Positions 29,182-39,503 are shown, counted from the first letter of the stretch. The stretch: 64,000 nt of DNA from Bdellovibrio sp. (GCA_036677065.1 JAKFBS010000002.1:888037-952036), one strand, 5' to 3'. Made by a program: numbers and translations. Notes: generated by a model not told the origin, from the letters alone.

Positions 29182-30221
29182 GACAAAACACCGCGTTTTA
29201 TCTGATCACGTTCGATTGAACGAAATAGCGCTCCAAAGTTACCTTCTCCAAACGAGGCGTGATTGTTTCTTTGAATGATCTCAATAAAAATTGGTCCAAC
29301 TATTTCTTTAGTAAATATCTGCAAAAGATAGCCATTCTCGTCACCGTCAATCAGTACATTCTGCTTGCGGATTTTTTCATGGTCTTCTTTAACTTGCGGA
29401 AACTTTGTAAAAATATCGTCATAGTACAAATCGTCAATATCTAGCGTACTGATTTTTGCATCGCGAAGCTGATCTAGCGAAGACAAAATATCTTTTGTTA
29501 AAAAAGCCAGATGCTGCACTCCTGGCCCGTTGTATTTTTCTAAATATTCATTTATCTGCGATTGTTTTTCTGTAGCTTCATTAAGTGGAATACAAAAGCT
29601 GCCGCAGGGCGAGCGCAGGGCAAAAGAAGTCAAACCGGTCTTAACTCCCCTGATATCGAAATAGCGCACCTCTTTGAAACCAAAAATACTGCGGTAAAAT
29701 GTTGCCCAGTCATTCATGGTGCCGCGAAAAACGTTGTTGGTAAGGTGATCAATCGCTACAAAACCTTTATCTGCCACCTTCATCGGATGCGCGTGGTCGA
29801 CAAATCCAAGACGAGCATAACCATCAGTATGGTCAGTCGTTTTCATAAAATAAATTAACATGTCACCCAAGCCATAAATTGCAGGGATAGCTGCTCCCTC
29901 TGTCGTAAATAAATCGCCGACTGCAGGAATAGCACCGCGAAGCAATGCCAACTTATGAGCTTTTTCTGGTTGCTCGAACCGCCAGCCCATTGAACAGATT
30001 GCCGGACCATGTTTTTTTTCAAAAATATGCGAAACACCGCGCTCTTCTTTATTTAAGAAAAAATGAATATCGTTTTGTTTGAAATATTCGATATTTTTTT
30101 TGCCGTGTTTTTTTATTTTTGAAAATCCGAAATCTACAAAAAGTTTTTCTAACATTTGCGATGATGAGGCTTCGCAGAATTCAACAAAATCAAATCCGCA
30201 CATACCCATTTCGTTATTCAT
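29178..30221 (-). CDS. hppD: 4-hydroxyphenylpyruvate dioxygenase
   Basis: IDHLTNNV, SQINEYL, GVQHLA, LLQIFT, FGEGNF. Confidence 0.95.
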   Translation of the reverse strand: MNNEMGMCGFDFVEFCEASSSQMLEKLFVDFGFSKIKKHGKKNIEYFKQNDIHFFLNKEERGVSHIFEKKHGPAICSMGWRFEQPEKAHKLALLRGAIPAVGDLFTTEGAAIPAIYGLGDMLIYFMKTTDHTDGYARLGFVDHAHPMKVADKGFVAIDHLTNNVFRGTMNDWATFYRSIFGFKEVRYFDIRGVKTGLTSFALRSPCGSFCIPLNEATEKQSQINEYLEKYNGPGVQHLAFLTKDILSSLDQLRDAKISTLDIDDLYYDDIFTKFPQVKEDHEKIRKQNVLIDGDENGYLLQIFTKEIVGPIFIEIIQRNNHASFGEGNFGALFRSIERDQIKRGVLS

Positions 30222-31330
30222 AAATTACCTCTGCCTTGGTTCCAGCTTTTCCAATAGTCTTTAACTTCGATATGGTCTGATCCGCGTGTCGTAGAAAGTG
30301 GATACTTTGTATCAATCATGATCGCGATTTCATTGGTTTCTGTAAGCGACTGTGCTTTAACCACGGCCTCTTTTTGCGGGCCATGGTGAATACCCTGGGG
30401 ATGAAAAGTCATCATACCTGCGGCTATTCCGCTGCGACTGAAAAATTGCCCCTGATGATAAAATAAAACTTCATCAAAATCGATATTTGAGTGATAGAAA
30501 GGAACTTTCATGGCCTGAGCATCACCATTTTCTAAGGGTCGTGGTAAGAAAGTGCAAACCACAAAATTGTGTCCTAGAAATGTGCTATGCGCAGATGGCG
30601 GCAAATGATAACGATCAGACGATACAGGACGAATATCTTTTACGTTGATTTTCCAAACTGTTAAAGTTCCTTTCCAGCCCACCGTATTTAAAGGATTAAA
30701 CGGATACATCACATTGGTGATTTGCTCGCACCGTTTAATTTTTAAGATATATTCAGAACTCTGGAATAAACTAGGTGTTGGCTCTGGAACTTCTAAAACA
30801 GCTGGGTCAAAAAGAGCATGCTGGCCTAGCATGCCTTTATCCGGAAAACTTATTTCACTAAAACTTTCAATAAGTAAAAATTTTGATTCTGCCGAAGTTT
30901 TGATGCGATATACGGTTCCGCGCGGAATCAGAATATAATCACCTGGGCTATAGGTAAGAGGCCCAAAGTCTGTCTCGATAAGGCCTTCACCTTGATGAAT
31001 AAAAAAAAGTTCGTCGGCATCAGCATTGCGAAAGAAATATTGCATTTCACCGGCAAAAACAAAAAAGTTAATTCTAACATCTTTATTTTCTAGGTACGCA
31101 GTTCGTGCCTTTAAGTAATCGTTTTCAGGCTGGTTTAAAATTTGACGAAAGTCAAAGGCCTGAGGTCGCAAAGGACCATCAATTTTTAACCATTCAACTG
31201 GTGGCTGGGTTCGATACAAGTGAGCATACCGCCCACTAAAACCATTGCGCGCGTATTCTTCTTCGAATGTGCCTTCTGGAACACCGACGTGCGCCTGTCG
31301 TGTCGTTAGGCCTTTTACGTAGGGTATCAT
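30218..31330 (-). CDS. hmgA: Homogentisate 1,2-dioxygenase
   Basis: NADADEL, HLPPSAH, PFYHSNIDFDEVLFY, HPQGIHHGP. Confidence 0.9.
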   Translation of the reverse strand: MIPYVKGLTTRQAHVGVPEGTFEEEYARNGFSGRYAHLYRTQPPVEWLKIDGPLRPQAFDFRQILNQPENDYLKARTAYLENKDVRINFFVFAGEMQYFFRNADADELFFIHQGEGLIETDFGPLTYSPGDYILIPRGTVYRIKTSAESKFLLIESFSEISFPDKGMLGQHALFDPAVLEVPEPTPSLFQSSEYILKIKRCEQITNVMYPFNPLNTVGWKGTLTVWKINVKDIRPVSSDRYHLPPSAHSTFLGHNFVVCTFLPRPLENGDAQAMKVPFYHSNIDFDEVLFYHQGQFFSRSGIAAGMMTFHPQGIHHGPQKEAVVKAQSLTETNEIAIMIDTKYPLSTTRGSDHIEVKDYWKSWNQGRGNL

Positions 31331-31947
31331 CTAACGTGTCTCATTTCTATGCGGGGATTCATAATTTGAAATCTATCGTTAAGCTGCAAACCAAGGTCTG
31401 CATGACTAAAACTTAAAAGTTTTCCGTATTTAAGGAATGTTTCACAAAAATCCGGTTCAACCCTATAAAGATAAATTTGCTGAACACCTTGGTTGTTTTG
31501 TTTGCGCATAGCAAATGAACTTTTAGAAGTGCAACCGCCACTTCGAACTTGTATGAAAACACCATGATTATTGTTATAATGACTATACACTGCTTCCAAA
31601 GGAACCGCAGCTTGTGCTCTAGGTGCGACATAAGGATTCATAATTTTGAAGCGATCACGATATTGTAATCCCAATTCTTCGTAAGTAAAATTCAGTATCA
31701 TTCCATATTTAAAAAACGCTTTACATAAATCTGGTTTAGTTCTGTAAAAATAGATAAGCGCAACGCCTCTGGAATTCTGTTTTTGTACGGCGAAAGAGTC
31801 TTTACTTGTACACCCGCCACTGAAAACTTGAATACTGACACCTGACTGATTATAAAAATCCCCATACAGAGACTCTAAAGTAGGTGTAGTATAACCTTTA
31901 ATCGAAAATAATAACGCTGCTGTAAGCAAAATAACTTTGTTTTTCAT
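31327..31947 (-). CDS. Secreted protein with two tandem Cys-pair domains
   Basis: Signal peptide; duplicated GV.IQV.SGGCTSK.SF...YR..PD.C..F.KYG...LGL...DRF.IMNP. Confidence 0.8.
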   Translation of the reverse strand: MKNKVILLTAALLFSIKGYTTPTLESLYGDFYNQSGVSIQVFSGGCTSKDSFAVQKQNSRGVALIYFYRTKPDLCKAFFKYGMILNFTYEELGLQYRDRFKIMNPYVAPRAQAAVPLEAVYSHYNNNHGVFIQVRSGGCTSKSSFAMRKQNNQGVQQIYLYRVEPDFCETFLKYGKLLSFSHADLGLQLNDRFQIMNPRIEMRHVR

Positions 31948-32378
31948 GGATTGCCTTTAACTTTCTTTAATATATAAATAATTTCTTCATCTCCCAATTG
32001 AACATGAAGATGTAATTCTGAATCTAAAACATCGAGCTGTGACTGGGTTTGTCGACCTAGCTGCATATCTGGATCTTTTTGACAATCCAAGGCATTGTCT
32101 GGATTAAGCGCGAAAACTTTTTCACTAAGGATTCCAACGCTATATTTAAATCTTGCGAACCGCTCACAAAAAGCTATTTCGCTTCGATCCCAATAAAGTC
32201 TTTCTGTGCCATTTGCATAGAAGGTCCAAGTTAAATTTAAGTTGGAATCAGGTCTTGGAATACGCTGGCCCCGATAAATGAGTTCTTCGTACTTCCATTC
32301 GCCGGATAAAATTTCTGCGCCTACCGATTGGCAGGCTAACAACAAGAACAGTGTGATTAGAAATTTCATTCTAGCCAT
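31944..32378 (-). CDS. Secreted lipocalin-like hypothetical protein
   Basis: Signal peptide, LSGEWKY N-terminal motif, two Cys. Confidence 0.55.
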   Translation of the reverse strand: MARMKFLITLFLLLACQSVGAEILSGEWKYEELIYRGQRIPRPDSNLNLTWTFYANGTERLYWDRSEIAFCERFARFKYSVGILSEKVFALNPDNALDCQKDPDMQLGRQTQSQLDVLDSELHLHVQLGDEEIIYILKKVKGNP

Positions 32379-33727
32379 CCCCTGCTATCTAGGACCGCCT
32401 GAACTTTCAAACGGACACTGGCTTCTTCATTTTTCAAAACATCAACCAGCTCTTCTTCGAACGAATCAAAATTTGAAGCCGGCGTTAATCTGAGCAACGT
32501 ATTCCAAGCTAGCCTTTGAGAAGCCACTGGACCGATAGTTTGCCTAAACTGCCATAACAAACCTGAAACAATTCCCGAATCGTGATAAAGCCCGTCATTA
32601 ATATCAGTTCGTTTTAAATTGTTATCAATTGTTCGCTTGTAGCCAGCTTTTTTATAAGAGGCCTCGCCAAGTTTTGGATTATCTAAAATACTTGCGGTAA
32701 AAAAATCGGCAAAAGCCTCATTCAGCGAACCGCCTTGGCCATCATAAGGGAGGGACGCTGTCGCTTGAATTACCGCATGGATAGATTCATGGATGACTAT
32801 TGATGGATCCAGGGCCATACCTAAAAAGACGATTCCATCACCTTCACCAAGACGAATTTTGTAATTATAATAAAATGCTGTATTTGTCTTTTCAGGAAAA
32901 CCCACTGAAGTTTCAACCTCTAATAAAAAGGGCAGCTGAAATTTTAAATTTTCTAAAAACCAATCTGCCGTCTGATTTAAATAAAAATAAACCTGAACCT
33001 GCTCAAACCGCCCGTCTGATTGGGGGTATAAAAACTGATTTTTTTCTGCTCGGGCTAAGACTCCTGATTTAGATGTGATTTTGAACCACTTAGAATTAAG
33101 CATTCCTTCATCAGAAACCCTTTTTAAAATGACCTGGGCGACTTTGCTTTGTAATGGGCCCATCGGATAAAGCAATGCTGTTGCATCAACAAATTCTGAG
33201 CCCAGTTTTTTTACCGTAACGACATTTAAGAATTTATCTAAATACACTGCCGTTAAGTGACCATCTTTTTCTTCAAGAATCACCTTCCAGTTTAACTGCA
33301 AATCATCAGCACGAATAATTAATTTTGGGGTTTCGATTAACTTTTTCGCAGAAAAGACAGAATGTGATTTAAGAAATCCAGCGACAAAATACTTTTCGTT
33401 TTTCATCAATGAAATCTCGGTTTGCAGACCTAGCGGAATACGTTCAAGCCAACGCTGGGTAATAAATTTATTTTCTTTAGCATCGAAGATTCGCTTATAG
33501 AAACTTCCTTCAATCTCAACGCCGCTAATCTTTTGCGTTTGAAACTCAAGCTGTAAATCACCGACATTTAATGATTTACTTTCTGCCTGTAAATTTGGTG
33601 GAATTATAACAGAATCATTGCCACTGCTTTTACTCCAACGTAATGGAGTTAGCTTATACGGCGCGCAGGACTGTACCGTCATTGCGAAAAAACTAACTAG
33701 TAAAAGTATTGTTTGAATTCTATTCAT
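32366..33727 (-). CDS. Lipoprotein zinc metalloprotease (M4/M36 gluzincin-like)
   Basis: NTAFY, HESIH, GSLNEAFAD, YHDSGI. Confidence 0.8.
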   Translation of the reverse strand: MNRIQTILLLVSFFAMTVQSCAPYKLTPLRWSKSSGNDSVIIPPNLQAESKSLNVGDLQLEFQTQKISGVEIEGSFYKRIFDAKENKFITQRWLERIPLGLQTEISLMKNEKYFVAGFLKSHSVFSAKKLIETPKLIIRADDLQLNWKVILEEKDGHLTAVYLDKFLNVVTVKKLGSEFVDATALLYPMGPLQSKVAQVILKRVSDEGMLNSKWFKITSKSGVLARAEKNQFLYPQSDGRFEQVQVYFYLNQTADWFLENLKFQLPFLLEVETSVGFPEKTNTAFYYNYKIRLGEGDGIVFLGMALDPSIVIHESIHAVIQATASLPYDGQGGSLNEAFADFFTASILDNPKLGEASYKKAGYKRTIDNNLKRTDINDGLYHDSGIVSGLLWQFRQTIGPVASQRLAWNTLLRLTPASNFDSFEEELVDVLKNEEASVRLKVQAVLDSRGWLE

Positions 33728-33747
33728 AACACCACCAGTTTATTTTT

Positions 33748-34164
33748 CTATTCGATTTTTAAAGTTTTTTGTAAGTAAGTTCCATCGCCATTTAAAAACT
33801 TCAGAGTATGTTGACCAGATGCAAGTTTGCCTAAACGTACATCATGATTAAATGGCACTAAGACCATAATACATAAGCCCTGGCTTACGGCTGCAACGGC
33901 TTTAATTTCATGCTCATAAGTGCTTTTCTCGGCAACTTCAGAGCGTAACCAGCGATAACATCCATTTGGATAAACACCATTCACAACAACGTAGGCATCT
34001 GCTTCAGAGTCAAAACCACCCGGAATAAAAGCATCGCTGATCGAAATATCAACTTCTTTTGTTTCTACAGCGTTCGTTTTTGCATTGGCAACATTAGCAG
34101 CAGCTAAGGCTAAAGCGGTAATTGTAAGTGCTTTTAAAAAAGATTTCATTTTTAGTGTTTTCAT
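33748..34164 (-). CDS. Secreted hypothetical protein with Cys pair
   Basis: Signal peptide, YPNGCY...CIMVLVPF; first gene after a sigma54 promoter. Confidence 0.75.
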   Translation of the reverse strand: MKTLKMKSFLKALTITALALAAANVANAKTNAVETKEVDISISDAFIPGGFDSEADAYVVVNGVYPNGCYRWLRSEVAEKSTYEHEIKAVAAVSQGLCIMVLVPFNHDVRLGKLASGQHTLKFLNGDGTYLQKTLKIE

Positions 34165-34213
34165 AACTTCCTTTGTTTTTTGTTATCAGCAAATCGCTGT
34201 TGATCTAGACCTT

Positions 34214-34312
34214 AGCAAGTGCTGCTCCAAGGCCAGACCATGATAAATTTGTTTAGAAGTTATTTTTTTGACAAGATGGCTGAACTTAAAAAGTTTTAAT
34301 GACAAGATGGCA
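34214..34312 (-). promoter_or_regulatory. Sigma54 promoter (TGGAGCAGCACTTGCT, 34214-34229) with activator sites at 34269-34281 and 34300-34312
   Basis: GG-N10-GC with TTGCT; TGACAAGATGGC occurs twice, 40 positions from TGG and 31 bp apart. Confidence 0.7.
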
Positions 34313-34323
34313 TAATTATTTTT

Positions 34324-35145
34324 TTAAGGACAAATTAAAACAGGTACATTCGCTGAACGGATGACTTTACTTGCAACACTTCCAAGCGTTGGAAATCTAC
34401 TGTTCTTGTCGCGTGGTGCAACAGCGACTAAATCGAAATTTTTAGCTCGGTTAACAACTTTCTCGACGACATCACCTTTTTCTCTGACTGCTTTAAGATT
34501 AGGATGGCTTTTTTGAAACTGCTTAAAATTAAACTCGTCGGCCGACATGATTTCACCATAAATATTACTCCATTCAGGGTAATCAAACATATACACGGGC
34601 ACATGGGCCACATGGTAAATCTCTAATTCGGATTTGAAGATATGACTAAATTTATCAACCTGATTCAAAGTATGCTCGGTTTGAGTTCCCAGATCAGATG
34701 GGATTAGAACTTTTTTCGGTAATACAACTTTAGTGCCACGATGAACCCAAACCGGAAACGGAGATTTTGTGGCCAACCACTCGGCGGTGCTTCCTAAAAA
34801 AAAATTAACGATTGAGCTGAACCCTTTATGGCCGACCATAATCATGGGGTCTGCAAATTTTTTAGCTGCAGCAATCACCTGTTTAGCGGGATAACCGTAA
34901 CGAATGATAATGTTGTCATCGTCGCCGAGATCATAGGTGGCTTTGATTTGATCGACTAAAGTTTTTCGTAAATCTTTTTTGGCCCCGTGAATAGAATAAT
35001 CAAATTCAAAGGCATGAACATAAGTTACCGGCACTTTCATTTCATAACCCAATTTTTGTGCTTCTTTAACAACAAGTCTTGAGTAGTCAGATAAATCCAG
35101 TGCGACGATAAGATTTTTAATATTTTTTAGTGGGCTTTTTTTCAT
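34324..35145 (-). CDS. Tandem USP, paralog 2
   Basis: LIVALDLS, LGSTAE, VPVLICP; AGGAG RBS before ATG 35145. Confidence 0.9.
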   Translation of the reverse strand: MKKSPLKNIKNLIVALDLSDYSRLVVKEAQKLGYEMKVPVTYVHAFEFDYSIHGAKKDLRKTLVDQIKATYDLGDDDNIIIRYGYPAKQVIAAAKKFADPMIMVGHKGFSSIVNFFLGSTAEWLATKSPFPVWVHRGTKVVLPKKVLIPSDLGTQTEHTLNQVDKFSHIFKSELEIYHVAHVPVYMFDYPEWSNIYGEIMSADEFNFKQFQKSHPNLKAVREKGDVVEKVVNRAKNFDLVAVAPRDKNSRFPTLGSVASKVIRSANVPVLICP

Positions 35146-35155
35146 GGCGTTTCTC

Positions 35156-36160
35156 CTAAATTGACAAAACTGTTTTAGATTGTGATACAGAACCTTCGAT
35201 TTGAAATTCTTTAATGCTTTCGAGAGTTGTTTGCGCAATATGCGCCAGGGCTTCCTGAGTAAGAAAAGCCTGGTGTGACGTGATTAACACATTTGGAAAA
35301 GTCAGAAATCTTGCCAAAGTATCATCTTGCAAAACTTTATTAGAAAGATCGTGAAAAAAAACACCTTCTTCTTCCTCATAAACGTCTAAGCCAGCTGCGC
35401 CAATTTTACCGCTTTTTAAACCATACAATAAGGCTTTGCTGTCAAGCAGGGCACCCCGTCCCGTATTTATAATGAAAACGCCGTCTTTCATTTGTTCAAT
35501 TCGGGCTCGATCTAATAGATGATGCGTGCTGGGTGTCAGGGGCACATGAAGTGAAATAATATCTGATTCTTTAACCAAGGTATCTAAATCGGTGTATGTG
35601 ACCACCCCGTCTTTTTCAAGATCAGGATCAACTTTAATATCAGAAGCTAATACTCGGCAGCCAAAGCCTTTCATTATGCGGCACATAACTTGACCAATGC
35701 GTCCGGTACCGACAATACCAATTGTTTTACCAAAAAGATCAAACCCAACTAGCCCATCGAGTGAAAAATTTAATTCTCTGACTCTTGAGTGGGCGCGGTG
35801 AATTTTTCGGTTCAGTGTTAGCAATAGTCCAACTGCAAATTCAGCGACTGCATGCGGAGAATACGCAGGTACACGCGCGACAATTATTTTTTTTTGCATG
35901 GCTGCAGTAATATCGACATGATTATAACCCGCTGACCTTAAAGCTATGAGCTTAATTCCCAGATTGTTTAAAATTTCAATGCACTGGCTATCAATTTTAT
36001 CATTAACAAATGAGCATATGACATCTGCATTCTTAGCTAAGAAGGCCGTCTTTGCCGTCAGACGTGTTTCTAAGAAGTCGATCTTGAAATCGAATTTTTC
36101 ATTTATTTTACTAAAAACTTCTTTTTCAAAGCCATGAGTATCAAAAAAAGCAATTTTCAT
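35156..36160 (-). CDS. ldhA: D-lactate dehydrogenase (D-2-hydroxyacid dehydrogenase)
   Basis: RSAGYNHVD, RVPAYSPHAVAE, GTGRIG, DVYEEE, TSHQAFLT. Confidence 0.85.
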   Translation of the reverse strand: MKIAFFDTHGFEKEVFSKINEKFDFKIDFLETRLTAKTAFLAKNADVICSFVNDKIDSQCIEILNNLGIKLIALRSAGYNHVDITAAMQKKIIVARVPAYSPHAVAEFAVGLLLTLNRKIHRAHSRVRELNFSLDGLVGFDLFGKTIGIVGTGRIGQVMCRIMKGFGCRVLASDIKVDPDLEKDGVVTYTDLDTLVKESDIISLHVPLTPSTHHLLDRARIEQMKDGVFIINTGRGALLDSKALLYGLKSGKIGAAGLDVYEEEEGVFFHDLSNKVLQDDTLARFLTFPNVLITSHQAFLTQEALAHIAQTTLESIKEFQIEGSVSQSKTVLSI

Positions 36161-36801
36161 TTGGTGACCTCTTTAGTTTTGCAGCAAGCTGGCAAAAATG
36201 GACTGACCGTTTTGACGGCCCGGTAGATTTTTTCTGAAAAAAAATCTTCGCTTGAAATTTGGTGATATTTAGGATGGTTTTTCCAAACCTCATGAATTTT
36301 ATGATCGATAAGAATGGCTGCTTCTGCTGTTTCAATTCTTTGGGGATTATGATGATTATAGTCTTTCACTGCCGGCGCACGCAGGTGAATAACGGCTTCA
36401 TACCTGGCATATTCTTTTTCTTTAGTTGTATTTAAACTTTTAAAAAAGTCATCTTCTGATCCTGGCCAGTACGCCAGGCCATCAAGACTTCCGCGGTCGC
36501 ACAATCCTAATGACCAACGTTTTTCTTCTTTAAACATAGTCTCTAATTCTTTTTGCACTTCAAAAATCGCGCGTTGTGCCGAGCGTTCACCGGTAACGCC
36601 AGAAATTCTCCAAAACCCGCCGCTAAACAAAATGCTTGCAGCCTCTGGAAGTATCGCCACATGCTCACAAAAAATTTTTCTAAAAAATTCTAAAACTGCA
36701 GTTTTTCCTGCTCCCGGCCCCCCGGTCAAAACGATAAGTCGCGCAGGCTGTTCAACAGCACCGGAACAAGGTCGATCACAATTGTAAACTTGCTGGTTCA
36801 T
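36157..36801 (-). CDS. AAA_28/NadR-Ttd14-like P-loop kinase/ATPase
   Basis: LTGGPGAGKT, PEAA, CDRGSLD..AY. Confidence 0.8.
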   Translation of the reverse strand: MNQQVYNCDRPCSGAVEQPARLIVLTGGPGAGKTAVLEFFRKIFCEHVAILPEAASILFSGGFWRISGVTGERSAQRAIFEVQKELETMFKEEKRWSLGLCDRGSLDGLAYWPGSEDDFFKSLNTTKEKEYARYEAVIHLRAPAVKDYNHHNPQRIETAEAAILIDHKIHEVWKNHPKYHQISSEDFFSEKIYRAVKTVSPFLPACCKTKEVTK

Positions 36802-36804
36802 AAA

Positions 36805-38169
36805 CTACTCCAAATGAAATTTTTCACCGTGTTCTGGAACATGACAATTCCAGCCAAAGGTTTCTGTTATTCGTCGACGCAAATCATCCGCAGCCGAAGC
36901 TTCGCCATGAGTAATAAATACTTTTTTGGGGTTAATATTAGATTTCTGAAGCCAGTCAAGAATTTCAGAATAATCTGCATGCGCAGAAACATTATCTAAC
37001 ATTTTAATTTGTGCATTGACCTGAATGTATTCACCATGAACTTTAACTTCTTTAGCCCCGTGCTCTAGAGCTTCGCCACGGGTACCGGCAGCTTGGTATC
37101 CAGTCAGTAAAATCGTATTGTTAGGATCAGAAGCAAAGGCTTTTAAGTGATGCAACACTCTACCGCCGCCTAACATGCCGCTGGCAGAAATAATTAACAT
37201 CGGGCCAGACCTTTCGTTGATCTTAATTGATTCTTCAGCCGAGCGTACATATTTAACAAGGTTGCAGACATCATAACATTCTTCGATTGATAGCTTATGC
37301 AAATCTTTATACTTACGTAAAAGTTCATTTACGTTGGTCGCCATCGGGCTATTTAAATACATCGGCATATTTGGAATTCGGTTTTTTTGTCGTAACAGCC
37401 AAATACAATACATCAATGATTGTGAACGCCCGACCGCAAATGCCGGAATTAAAATAACGCCTTTTTTATTATACGTCTCATTAATCACTTCGGCTAACTC
37501 GTCAAGAACGTCAGTGTTATTATGTAAACGATTTCCGTAAGTCGATTCTGTGACCAGATAGTCAACACTTTCCATTTTTTCAGGGGGATATAATACATGG
37601 TCTTGCGAACGGCCTAAATCGCCAGAAAAACCGATCGATATGCCCGAGATATTAACGATGACCGAAGCGGCACCTAAGATATGCCCGGCATACTTAAATT
37701 TAAAACTTAATGTATCATCAATTTTATGCGAATGATTAAAATCAACGCCGACAAAGTACTCAAGCGAATGAGTCGCGTCCTCGCTGGTAAACAACGGCAA
37801 TGCAGGGCTATGTTTTGATTTTTTATATCTATTTAAATAATCAGCCTCTTCTTCCATGAGAAACCCAGCATCTGGTAAAAGAATTTTACAGAGATCTTTT
37901 GTTGCATGAGTGCAAAATATTTTACCGCGAAATCCCATTTTTATCAGACGCGGAATATAACCTGAATGATCAATATGGGCATGGGTCAAGATCACTGCAT
38001 CGATTTCTGATGCCTTGATTGGTAGTTCGTTCCAGTTTTTTAAGCGCAGCGATTTTAAACCCTGAAAAAGACCGCAGTCGATAAGAATCTTTTTATCTTT
38101 AAAGGTGAGTAAATATTTTGAACCTGTTACGGTTCCGGCCCCCCCCAGAAAATGTAGATCAAATGCCAT
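36805..38169 (-). CDS. MBL-fold beta-CASP RNA-processing hydrolase
   Basis: GTVTGS, THAHIDH, AGHILG, ESTYG, SAHAD, HGE. Confidence 0.9.
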   Translation of the reverse strand: MAFDLHFLGGAGTVTGSKYLLTFKDKKILIDCGLFQGLKSLRLKNWNELPIKASEIDAVILTHAHIDHSGYIPRLIKMGFRGKIFCTHATKDLCKILLPDAGFLMEEEADYLNRYKKSKHSPALPLFTSEDATHSLEYFVGVDFNHSHKIDDTLSFKFKYAGHILGAASVIVNISGISIGFSGDLGRSQDHVLYPPEKMESVDYLVTESTYGNRLHNNTDVLDELAEVINETYNKKGVILIPAFAVGRSQSLMYCIWLLRQKNRIPNMPMYLNSPMATNVNELLRKYKDLHKLSIEECYDVCNLVKYVRSAEESIKINERSGPMLIISASGMLGGGRVLHHLKAFASDPNNTILLTGYQAAGTRGEALEHGAKEVKVHGEYIQVNAQIKMLDNVSAHADYSEILDWLQKSNINPKKVFITHGEASAADDLRRRITETFGWNCHVPEHGEKFHLE

Positions 38170-38899
38170 TAAGCCCTCCTGTAATTAAGGACGATATACC
38201 CATTACCAGTACAAAGTATAAAACAGCTCTGCGAAAATGCTGTGTAGAAATTTTTTTTAAAACTTTTTTACCTAACCAATTTGCTATTACAACCACGGCC
38301 ATTAAAATTGGAATGTAAAAATAATGATCTGCTGTCAAATAACCTTTTTTTAAATAAATGAAAAGTCTGACGATATCACCACCGAAGTCGATTAAAGTAG
38401 AAGTTGCTACGAAAGCCACAGGGCTAAGATTAAAAGTAGTGAGCGCCAGTGTTCGCACCGCTCCGCCCGATCCTAGTAATCCTGTCAGTAGGCCCGAAAC
38501 CGCACCGCCAATGTAGGGAATCCAGCGTCCAGAAAAAACCTCATTTTTGTTAATGAATAGAAAATAGATAGATAACGAGGTCAAAAATAGACCTAATATT
38601 ATAGAGTGAATACTTTTGGGTAAAAAATCTGAATATTCGGCACCTAATCCAGAAAATAAAATCGCTGGCAGGCCAAACTTAAACGTCATAATCCAATTAA
38701 TTTCTTTTCTATAATAAATTGTGCGAACTGAATTACCTAAAACATGTAGGACTGCGGTAAGTGCTAAAGTGATCTTTAGCGGCTCGACAAGTAAAGCCAA
38801 CGGCACAAATAAGGCCGAAGTACTTACGCCACTGATCGAACCTACTAGTTCAGAAATAAAGGCTATAACAATAAAATAAAACTCTTTCAAATGACTCAT
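38159..38899 (-). CDS. TauE/SafE (TSUP) family transporter
   Basis: 8-TM, GAVSGLLTGLLGSGG. Confidence 0.75.
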   Translation of the reverse strand: MSHLKEFYFIVIAFISELVGSISGVSTSALFVPLALLVEPLKITLALTAVLHVLGNSVRTIYYRKEINWIMTFKFGLPAILFSGLGAEYSDFLPKSIHSIILGLFLTSLSIYFLFINKNEVFSGRWIPYIGGAVSGLLTGLLGSGGAVRTLALTTFNLSPVAFVATSTLIDFGGDIVRLFIYLKKGYLTADHYFYIPILMAVVVIANWLGKKVLKKISTQHFRRAVLYFVLVMGISSLITGGLNGI

Positions 38900-39501
38900 C
38901 GAAATAGCCGCCGTGGGTTAATCATGCGAGAAAATGAGTTCTCCTGAACCTTGTGCTCTATAACTTTCACGGCAAATTCTTGCGCAAACTCACGCACTGC
39001 GCTCCAGTCTGTATATTCATAATCTTTAGTGGCATCAGTTTCAACACCGGCTTTTAAGGCGATTTTTTTCATAAACCATTTGGTGAACCAATTATATTTC
39101 GAATACTTTAAGGCTCCTGCAAATATCGCGGATTTCACCGGATACCAACCTACCTCATCAAAGAAACTTATAATAATTCTGTACTCTTCGTCTTGCGCTG
39201 AAAATTTTTTTTCTAATATACCTAAACACACCGAGAAGAATGCAGCAGGTTTTTTTTCTAAAGTTTCTTTATTGGCTTTAACCCACGCAACCAAGTCATC
39301 AGAAAATTTACCATTATGAACAGAAGCACCTATTATGACTGCAGTGTATTCATTTTCAATTCTCAAGTCTTTAATGGCTTTACAATCAAACATTTCAACT
39401 TTTAGCCCTAGTGACAAAAGTTCTTTAGTGACAAACTTAGATATTTTTTTTGTTTGCCCTTCTTCTGTGGCGTAAACAATTAGAAATTTTTGCATCTGCA
39501 C
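38896..39501 (-). CDS. hemG: Flavodoxin-domain protoporphyrinogen oxidase (HemG-like)
   Basis: YATEEGQTKKI, GASVH, FFSV, FAGALKYSKY, EYTDW. Confidence 0.75.
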   Translation of the reverse strand: MQMQKFLIVYATEEGQTKKISKFVTKELLSLGLKVEMFDCKAIKDLRIENEYTAVIIGASVHNGKFSDDLVAWVKANKETLEKKPAAFFSVCLGILEKKFSAQDEEYRIIISFFDEVGWYPVKSAIFAGALKYSKYNWFTKWFMKKIALKAGVETDATKDYEYTDWSAVREFAQEFAVKVIEHKVQENSFSRMINPRRLFR

Positions 39502-39503
39502 CT

